Below, in pieces: positions 38,748 through 45,539 of a DNA stretch of 45,539 nucleotides (the stretch's first letter is position 1; every line of letters begins with the position of its first letter). The stretch spans positions 1-45,539 of the forward strand of contig JAADGS010000037.1 of assembly GCA_013152275.1 (NCBI GenBank). Reading direction: 5' to 3'. The DNA is from Actinomycetota bacterium (GTDB lineage Bacteria > Actinomycetota > Acidimicrobiia > Spongiisociales > UBA4744). The notes beneath the pieces are model-generated. The model worked only from the letters and a program-made list of their open reading frames with translations. It made no database searches and was not told where the DNA came from. The translations under genes and the position numbers were made by a program.

Positions 38748-40034
38748 TCAGGCGATCGCCGCCTCGAATCTCTCGACACGGTCTGAGGCGAGCCGCACGG
38801 TGACCGTGATCGCGGTCTCCCCATGCCGTTCATCCACCACTTCGCCCTCCCGATACAGGGCGGCGAGGACTTCTCCACGCGTGTAGGGGATCGTCAAGGT
38901 CGTAATAACCGTCGCTGGACTGAGGGCGTCTCCGATTCGCTCCAACAGCTCATCGATGCCTTCGCCGGTGGCCGCCGAGAACGCGAGAGCCTCCGGGTGC
39001 AGAGTGAGCAGGCGGCGGAGGTGGACGGGATTCGCCGAGTCCTGTTTGTTGAGCGCCAGCAACTCCGGAATCGCTGCGGCGTCGAGATCGGCGAGCACAT
39101 TCCTCACCGTGGCAATGTGGGATTCGGCATCGGGATCCGAAGCGTCGACCACATGGATCATCAGGGTGGCGTCGGCGACCTCGTCGAGTGTGGATCGGAA
39201 TGCTTCGATGAGTCCGTGGGGGATGCGTCGTACGAACCCGACCGTGTCGGAGAAGACGACTTGCCGACCGTCGGGAATCTGGAATCTTCTGATCGTGGCA
39301 TCCAGTGTCGAGAACAGACGATCTTCCACGAGTACGTCGGTTCCGGTGAGGCGGTTCAGCAGTGTCGACTTTCCTGCATTCGTGTAGCCGACAAGAGCAA
39401 TCAAAGGGACGTTGCCTTTTCGGCGAGCCTTGCGTTGGGTCGTCCGAGTGCCGCGAAGCTTCGCAAGGTCCCGTTCGAGGCGGGTGATCCGCTGCTCGAT
39501 CCGACGTCGATCGGTCTCCAGTTTCGTCTCGCCGGGCCCGCGAGTCCCGATGCCTCCAGCCTGTCTGCTCAAAGCCGTGCCGTGTCCGCGTAGCCGTGGA
39601 AGGTGGTAGCGAAGTAGCGCCAGTTCGACTTGGAGCATGCCGGCTCTGCTCGTGGCGTGCTGAGCGAAGATGTCGAGGATCAGTCCGGATCGGTCGACGA
39701 CGTCGCAGCCGAAGATCTTCTGGAGATTCCGCTGTTGGGTCGGCGTGAGGTCGTCGTCGAAGATGACGACATCGATGTCGAGACGCCGGGTCTGCTCGGC
39801 CAGCCGAGATGCCTGGCCTGAACCGATGAACGTTGCAGGATCCGGTTTCCTACGCCGCAGGGATGTTCGGTCGACAGGGTCGGACCCGGCGGTATCGGTC
39901 AAGCGAGCCAGCTCATCGAGCGAAGCGGCGCTGTCAAACAGGGAACCGACCAGGTACGCACGCTGTCGGGTGATCTCGAGGTCGGTAACCGTGGCCGTCA
40001 GTCTGCGTCCGGCACGACCTTCCGACGGAGTCAC
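38748..40034 (-). CDS. hflX: Ribosome-splitting GTPase HflX
   Basis: SLDEL..L..TAG, LTPTQQRNL, ILDIFAQHA, GPGET.LE.DRR, GYTNAGKS, LF.TLD, DTVGF, NK.D; GTG 40034 overlaps the upstream stop. Confidence 0.96.
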   Translation of the reverse strand: MTPSEGRAGRRLTATVTDLEITRQRAYLVGSLFDSAASLDELARLTDTAGSDPVDRTSLRRRKPDPATFIGSGQASRLAEQTRRLDIDVVIFDDDLTPTQQRNLQKIFGCDVVDRSGLILDIFAQHATSRAGMLQVELALLRYHLPRLRGHGTALSRQAGGIGTRGPGETKLETDRRRIEQRITRLERDLAKLRGTRTTQRKARRKGNVPLIALVGYTNAGKSTLLNRLTGTDVLVEDRLFSTLDATIRRFQIPDGRQVVFSDTVGFVRRIPHGLIEAFRSTLDEVADATLMIHVVDASDPDAESHIATVRNVLADLDAAAIPELLALNKQDSANPVHLRRLLTLHPEALAFSAATGEGIDELLERIGDALSPATVITTLTIPYTRGEVLAALYREGEVVDERHGETAITVTVRLASDRVERFEAAIA

Positions 40035-40342
40035 AAGTAGCGGCCTCCGGGAGACTGATCTTCGTGCCGTTCCTCGGCGATGATCTGTGCTTCCCGTACG
40101 GCGATCACGACCTGGCCGGTGATCGGCCAAATGAACCGCCACGCCTCCGTGGGAACTGCCCAGAACCGGTCACCGGTCTCGACGTCGACGAGTGCGAGGG
40201 CCTCGGTCGACTTCTCTGCGACGGTCGCGGCCGGCACAAGCAACCCGGAGCGGGTGGTGGACTCTTGGACGAGATGGCCGACACGCCATCCGGGAAGTAC
40301 CCGGAAGCCGTCGGCATCGCCGGAGATCGGACCGTTGTTCAC
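40031..40342 (-). CDS. Divergent GroES/Cpn10-like small protein
   Basis: ESTTRSGLLVP...AEK (mobile-loop-like), DVETGDR, G.V.IAVREAQIIA; GC-rich third positions; coupled to hflX. Confidence 0.6.
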   Translation of the reverse strand: MNNGPISGDADGFRVLPGWRVGHLVQESTTRSGLLVPAATVAEKSTEALALVDVETGDRFWAVPTEAWRFIWPITGQVVIAVREAQIIAEERHEDQSPGGRYL

Positions 40343-40423
40343 GGCTCCATGGTGGCACACGCCGGCACTTGACTCCAGTCCGAAATGTTCGCCGGCCGGC
40401 ACTCTCCTGTAGCCTGCCCCGGA

Positions 40424-41731
40424 ATGACGTCACCCCTTCGCCTCAACATCCCTGTGGAACGATCGAAGCTCGACAACGGGCTCAGGATCGTCTTGGTTCC
40501 AGACCGGTCGAGTCCCGTCGTTGCCGTTTCCGTGCTCTACGACGTCGGCTTTCGTTCGGAGCCCGAGGGGCGGAGTGGTTTCGCCCATCTCTTCGAGCAT
40601 ATGATGTTTCAGGGCTCCGAGCAGGTTCCAAAGGGAGAGTTCGACCGGTTGCTCATGGGGAACGGGGGTGTGCTCAACGGTACGACGACCCCCGACTTCA
40701 CCGCCTATTTCGAAGTCCTTCCGTCCGCGGCCTTGGAGATGGCGCTCTTTCTGGAAGCCGATCGGATGCGCTCGCTCGTGGTTGATCAGGAGAACCTCGA
40801 CAATCAGACGGCGGTCGTGCAAGAAGAGATTCGACTCAACGTTCTCAACCGTGCCTACGGGAAGTTCCCCTGGATTCTGCTTCCCGCCTTGCTGTTCGAC
40901 ACCTATCCGAACGTCCACGACGGCTACGGGAGTTTCGAAGATCTGGAGGCTGCGCGACTCGAGGACGTACGAGAGTTCTTCGCCCGTTTCTACACACCTG
41001 CCAATGCCGTTCTGGCGGTTTGTGGCGACCTGCATCCGGATGATGTCGTTGAACTGATCGAGCATCATTTCGCCGGCATCGGGGGGCGACCGCGCCCTCG
41101 CCTGCAGTCGTTCGCGGAGCCGATCCGGGACGGCGTCCGGCGGTCTCGATACCGGGATGCGTTTGCTCCCGCTCCCGCCCTGGCACTTGGGTACCGGGTC
41201 CCCGATCCGATCATTCACCTCGATCAGGTTCTGGCGCTCGACGTCCTGGCACGAGTGCTGGCCGACGGGCCTGCTTCCCGTCTCGAGCAGCGACTCGTTC
41301 GCAAAGAAGGGCTGGTCACCTCTGTCGATGCCTGGATCGGAGAGGCTCCGGGCTGGGGCGGCCCGTTCGAGATGCGTGATCCGACCCGGTTCCAGATCAG
41401 TACGTTCTATCCGCGTGCCTCCGACAGAAGCCGCATCATCGAAGCGATCGACGGGGAGATCGAAGGTGTCGCCGGGGGCCTCGAGCCCGGCGAGGTGGAT
41501 CGGGTGATCAGTCGTGTGACCGCCGAGTACGCGCGCAAGATGGATCACGTGCTCAACCGATCCCTGGGCGCGGCTCGGTTGGAGCTTCTTCACGATGAGC
41601 CGGGTTTGCTGGATTCGATTCCCGCGCTCTACGCGAAGGTGACGGCACGAGCAGTCTCGGAGGCTGCCCGAGTGTGGCTCCGTCCCGATCGCCGGGCGGA
41701 ACTCGAGGTCGTTCCGGGGGGTGGGCAGTGA
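40424..41731 (+). CDS. M16B zinc peptidase, catalytic subunit
   Basis: L.NGL, Y.VG.R.E..G.SGFAHLFEHMMFQGS (HxxEH), LEADRM, VQEE. Confidence 0.93.
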   Translation: MTSPLRLNIPVERSKLDNGLRIVLVPDRSSPVVAVSVLYDVGFRSEPEGRSGFAHLFEHMMFQGSEQVPKGEFDRLLMGNGGVLNGTTTPDFTAYFEVLPSAALEMALFLEADRMRSLVVDQENLDNQTAVVQEEIRLNVLNRAYGKFPWILLPALLFDTYPNVHDGYGSFEDLEAARLEDVREFFARFYTPANAVLAVCGDLHPDDVVELIEHHFAGIGGRPRPRLQSFAEPIRDGVRRSRYRDAFAPAPALALGYRVPDPIIHLDQVLALDVLARVLADGPASRLEQRLVRKEGLVTSVDAWIGEAPGWGGPFEMRDPTRFQISTFYPRASDRSRIIEAIDGEIEGVAGGLEPGEVDRVISRVTAEYARKMDHVLNRSLGAARLELLHDEPGLLDSIPALYAKVTARAVSEAARVWLRPDRRAELEVVPGGGQ

Positions 41732-43041
41732 TTCCCGAGGTCGGACGGCTGAAGCGGATGCGACTCCCGCGCGTGCTCGATGAAATGCTCCCGAACGGGC
41801 TGCGGATGGTGATCGTGCGGCGGGCCGGGGCCCCCTTGGTTGAAATGCGTCTGCGAATCCCGATGCCGGCGACGACGGCCGGGGAGGAGGCCAGGCGTGA
41901 TCTCCTGGCCCGAACATTGAAGAGTGGGACGAGTCGGCGTTCCGAGGTCGACATCGCAGCGAGACTCCAGGAGATCGGCGGGTCGCTCGGTGTCGGCACG
42001 GACGAAGACGGACTCCACCTGTCGGGATCGGCGCTCTCCGGGCGGATGGGTGATCTTCTCGATCTGATCGTCGAGATCCTCACCGACGCCACATTCCCCG
42101 ATTCGTCCGTGTGGACGGAGCGTGAGCGGTTGGCGCAGGAGGTTGTTCTGGATCGCTCGCAGCCAGAGGTCGTTGCGGACGAGGAGCTTCGCAAGCGCTT
42201 CTTCGGGAGGCATCCGTATGGGATCGGGCTGCCTTCGCCATCAGGGTTGCGGCGGATCACCCCCGGCAGGCTGCGGACACTCTATGACGAGCTCGTTCGG
42301 CCCGGCGGTGCCGTTTTGGTGCTTGTGGGAGATCTTCGTCCTGCTGCGGCCGCCGAGAGCGTCGCCGGCGTGATGCGGCGGTGGAAACGGAGGCGGCGCC
42401 CCGCTCCCGTACCGAAGCCGTCGGTGCCTCGTTCTCGGCCCATGCTGGTCGTGCATCGGCCTGGGTCTCGGCAGACGAACATCCGTCTCGCCGGCTTGGT
42501 ACCGGCGTCAGGATCGGAGATGTTCCCTGCGTTCGAACTGGCGAATCTGATCTTCGGCGGGTACTTCTCGTCCCGGTTGGTCGCCAACCTCCGTGAGGAC
42601 AAGGGGTTTACCTACAACCCCGCCTCCCAGATCCGCCATGCCGTCGCCGCGTCGACAGTCACGGTCTCGGCCGATGTGCGTTCCGAGGTGACGGGGGCGG
42701 CGCTCGTGGAGATCGTCTACGAGCTGGGCCGTATCGTGTCGTTACCTCCCGAAGCGACGGAGCTGGAGGAGGCTCGTCGCTACCGGATCGGTACGCTTGC
42801 CATCGGGACGCACACGCAGGCGGGGTTCGCGGACACGCTGGACGCGCTGCTCTCCAGGGGCCTCGATGCCTCGTATATTCGCAGTCATCAGGACCGCCTC
42901 GAGAAGGTTTCCGTCGATGACGTTCTGGCAGTCGCCAGGGAGTTCTTGGCACCGTCATGTCTGGTCCCGGTGCTGGTCGGTGATGCCGATGTCATCGTTG
43001 CCCAGATCGCACCATTCGGGAGATTCCAGGTTCGCGCTTGA
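41728..43041 (+). CDS. M16B peptidase, non-catalytic partner subunit
   Basis: LPNGL, no HxxEH, HPYG, GG.FSSRL..NLREDKG.TY (R/Y pair); GTGA overlap. Confidence 0.9.
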   Translation: MIPEVGRLKRMRLPRVLDEMLPNGLRMVIVRRAGAPLVEMRLRIPMPATTAGEEARRDLLARTLKSGTSRRSEVDIAARLQEIGGSLGVGTDEDGLHLSGSALSGRMGDLLDLIVEILTDATFPDSSVWTERERLAQEVVLDRSQPEVVADEELRKRFFGRHPYGIGLPSPSGLRRITPGRLRTLYDELVRPGGAVLVLVGDLRPAAAAESVAGVMRRWKRRRRPAPVPKPSVPRSRPMLVVHRPGSRQTNIRLAGLVPASGSEMFPAFELANLIFGGYFSSRLVANLREDKGFTYNPASQIRHAVAASTVTVSADVRSEVTGAALVEIVYELGRIVSLPPEATELEEARRYRIGTLAIGTHTQAGFADTLDALLSRGLDASYIRSHQDRLEKVSVDDVLAVAREFLAPSCLVPVLVGDADVIVAQIAPFGRFQVRA

Positions 43042-43068
43042 GGTCTCGACGGTGCTACGTTCGCGGTG

Positions 43069-43647
43069 ATGAAGATCATCCCGCGCTACGAATACCGTGT
43101 CTGGGGCGACGACCTCGGCTCCGCACAGGCGCAGCTTCTCGAACTGGGGACCGGGCTGAAACGTAGACGGACCAGCGAAACCTATATCGTCTCACGCGCC
43201 GAGCAGACGAATGTGAAGATCAGGTGGGGAATCCTGGACATCAAGCGACTCCTGGATCGGTGGAACTGCCTGGAGCGGTGGAAGCCCGTGTCCAAGGTCG
43301 CGTTCCCTGTCGAGAGCCAGGTGGTGTCGACGTCCGTGTTTCCACTGCTCGGGGTCGAGGCATCGTTGCCGGCGGGCGGTCTGCTGAGTGAGGAGGAGTT
43401 CGTGTCCATGGCGGATCGTCTCGAAGGGGTGATGGCCGTTCCGGTGGAAAAGGTACGCTCCCTGGTATCGATCGGGGCCTGCCGAGTGGAGGCCGGCCTT
43501 GTGACGGTCGACGGCAGCGAGCATCTGACGGTCGCGGTGGAGTCCGCAGATCCCTCGGCGGTGGAAGAAACCATCACCTTGCTGGGGATCGCCGGTCGTC
43601 CGAACGAAAGTTATCCGGCTCTGCTTCGGAGGTTGCGATGGGCGTAG
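43069..43647 (+). CDS. Hypothetical protein, possibly a divergent CYTH-like fold
   Basis: PRYEYR, ETY, NVKIR, DIK, V.K.R, VAVE pattern parallels the CYTH strands; overlaps the downstream CYTH gene. Confidence 0.55.
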   Translation: MKIIPRYEYRVWGDDLGSAQAQLLELGTGLKRRRTSETYIVSRAEQTNVKIRWGILDIKRLLDRWNCLERWKPVSKVAFPVESQVVSTSVFPLLGVEASLPAGGLLSEEEFVSMADRLEGVMAVPVEKVRSLVSIGACRVEAGLVTVDGSEHLTVAVESADPSAVEETITLLGIAGRPNESYPALLRRLRWA

Positions 43648-44123
43648 AGATCGAACGCAAGTTCTTGGTCACGGGCGACGAGTGGCGTGATCTCGCCGAC
43701 GGTGTCGACTATCGACAGGGATACCTGTGTACGGTCAAGGAGCGGACCGTGCGGGTTCGCACCGTCGGCGGGCGCGGCTACCTCACGGTCAAGGGCATTT
43801 CGGTTGGTGCGGTGCGTGCCGAGTTCGAGTACGAGATCCCTCGCGAGGATGCAGACCAGATGCTCGACGAGCTCTGTGAACGCCCCCTGATCTCCAAGAC
43901 CCGCTATGCCATCCCCTTCCGCGGGCATGTGTGGGAGGTGGACGATTTCCACTTGGAGAATGAAGGCCTCGTCGTTGCAGAAATCGAACTGTCCGATCCG
44001 GACGAATCGTTCGACACCCCGCCGTGGATCGGGGAGGAAGTCACCGGTGATCCCCGGTTCTTCAACGCGAACCTGATTGCACACCCCTACTCGGTTTGGG
44101 GCGACGAGGAACCCGCCGGGTAG
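43638..44123 (+). CDS. CYTH domain protein (triphosphate tunnel metalloenzyme)
   Basis: EIERKFLV (ExExK), QGYL, VRVR, LTVKG, R.EFEY.IP, KTRY, WEVD.F, AEIEL, EVTGD.RF.N. Confidence 0.93.
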   Translation: MGVEIERKFLVTGDEWRDLADGVDYRQGYLCTVKERTVRVRTVGGRGYLTVKGISVGAVRAEFEYEIPREDADQMLDELCERPLISKTRYAIPFRGHVWEVDDFHLENEGLVVAEIELSDPDESFDTPPWIGEEVTGDPRFFNANLIAHPYSVWGDEEPAG

Positions 44124-44135
44124 CCTGACGGCTCG

Positions 44136-45413
44136 ATGGCCGAGGGCTCCAACGTCGAACCGGACGATTACCGACGCAATTTCGCTGCCGGGCTCGTCCA
44201 CGGGATCTTCTTTCAGGCATCGTCGGCCCTTGCGAACGTACAGACGGTGCTTCCGTCGTTCGTCGCACTGCTGACGCCGTCGGCGCTCGCCGTCGGATCG
44301 ATGGCTGCGGTGCAGGGCGCGGGACAGGTGATTCCACAGCTCTTCACCGCGTATCTGATCGAAGATCGGCCGCGTCGTAAGCCGATCCTGTTGTGGGTGA
44401 TCACTCTGCGATGGGTGTCCTTCGGGTTGCTTGCCTTCTTGACCTGGCAACTCGGAGCGACCAGGCCGGGTGTGGTCCTCGGGGTGTTCCTCGTCCTGTT
44501 CGGGATGTTCTCGCTGGCAGGTGGTGTGGGAACGGTCGTCTACGCCGATGTATTCGCCAAGGCGATCCCGACTCGACGGCGGGGAAGGTTCATCGGATGG
44601 CGCCAGCTGCTCGGATACGGTCTCGCCATCGCGGCGGGGTACCTGGTCAAGGCGGTGCTGGGGAACGAGCGGATCGCATTCCCGTCGAATTACGCGTTGA
44701 TCTTCGCGTTCTCCGCGCTGGCGCTCCTGGTGGCCTTCACCGGGTTCGCGATGATCCGGGAGCCGGTGTACCCGGTCGAGCGCCGGTCGAGTTCGCTGGG
44801 GGATCTTCTTCGACGCGCCTGGCGCCTTGCAGGTGACAACGCCAATTTCCGCTGGTTCCTCACGACACAGGCGCTCACGATGGCGGTGCTGTCGCTGGGA
44901 CCGTTCTACGTGGTCTTTGCTCTCGGCAGTGGTGACGTATCCAGGGGGCAGGTCGGTGTGTTTCTTGCCATTCAGATGGCCGGGGCGGCGCTTTCGAATC
45001 TTCTCTGGGGTTGGATGGGCGACCGGTTTGGAAACCGGGCCGTGATCATCGGGGTGGTTCTCGTCGGGGGGCTGACCCCGATTTCGGCACTCGTGGCAGG
45101 TTCGGCGCCCGGGCTGTTCGTCATCGTGTTCGCTCTGATGGGGAGCACCATCAGTGGGGTACGGCTTGGGTTCAACAACATGATTCTCGAGATGGCGTCG
45201 GTGTCGTTGCGACCGACCTGTGTGGCGCTCCAGAACACGCTGCTGACGCCGGTGATGCTGTTGCCGTTGATCGTGGGAGCGGTCGCCGATGCGTGGACAT
45301 ACGCGGCCCTCTTCTGGTCGGGCGGCGTGCTGATGCTGCTCGGCGTGTTCGCTGCGTTGCGGATTCGTGATCCCCGGTTCGATCCTGAGGCGGTCTGCGT
45401 CGAGAAGCGGTAG
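44136..45413 (+). CDS. MFS transporter
   Basis: About 12 TMs, KAIP..RRG.F.G, WG..GDRFGNR. Confidence 0.88.
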   Translation: MAEGSNVEPDDYRRNFAAGLVHGIFFQASSALANVQTVLPSFVALLTPSALAVGSMAAVQGAGQVIPQLFTAYLIEDRPRRKPILLWVITLRWVSFGLLAFLTWQLGATRPGVVLGVFLVLFGMFSLAGGVGTVVYADVFAKAIPTRRRGRFIGWRQLLGYGLAIAAGYLVKAVLGNERIAFPSNYALIFAFSALALLVAFTGFAMIREPVYPVERRSSSLGDLLRRAWRLAGDNANFRWFLTTQALTMAVLSLGPFYVVFALGSGDVSRGQVGVFLAIQMAGAALSNLLWGWMGDRFGNRAVIIGVVLVGGLTPISALVAGSAPGLFVIVFALMGSTISGVRLGFNNMILEMASVSLRPTCVALQNTLLTPVMLLPLIVGAVADAWTYAALFWSGGVLMLLGVFAALRIRDPRFDPEAVCVEKR

Positions 45414-45466
45414 TGGACTCGGTTGCAGTGGCCGGCGATCGGTGTCGTGTCGGTGAGGGTTTCGCC

Positions 45467-45497
45467 ACGAAGTACGAAGTACCAGGTGCGAAGTACG
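45467..45497. repeat. 7-nt tandem repeat
   Basis: ACGAAGT ACGAAGT ACCAGGT GCGAAGT ACG. Confidence 0.65.
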
Positions 45498-45539
45498 TCC
45501 TTCGCCGGGGGGCCCTGGTGGGCGTTGGTGGAGGCGGAC

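Overview
High-GC, gene-dense bacterial window whose gene content looks actinobacterial, probably Acidimicrobiia-like (divergent glnE/nadE, F420-type LLM, ppgK, DUF222-HNH; the taxonomy is an inference). It is mostly housekeeping and metabolic genes (nadE, mgtE, greA, pepN, hflX, M16 pair, two acyl-CoA dehydrogenases, a TlpA-DsbB-TlpA module), with an accessory islet at about 18-27 kb (two ABC-2 exporters, a disrupted DUF222-HNH gene, methyltransferase, GNAT, Phd-VapC). Signals the ORF track misses: (1) selD starts at 10217 and reads through an in-frame UGA at its catalytic residue (a selenoprotein), heading a tightly coupled selD-MFS-[2Fe-2S] ferredoxin-hydrolase operon; (2) a ~160-nt MITE-like element with terminal inverted repeats splits the HNH domain of the DUF222 gene, which has a PafBC/RecA-NDp-type promoter; (3) a divergent orphan GroES-like gene is translationally coupled to hflX; (4) five intergenic palindromes share a ~47-nt core; (5) many genes have leaderless TAnnnT-N6-8-start architecture; (6) a sigma28/WhiG-like promoter precedes a REC-GGDEF-HD-GYP gene. 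No rRNA, tRNA or CRISPR array was seen.
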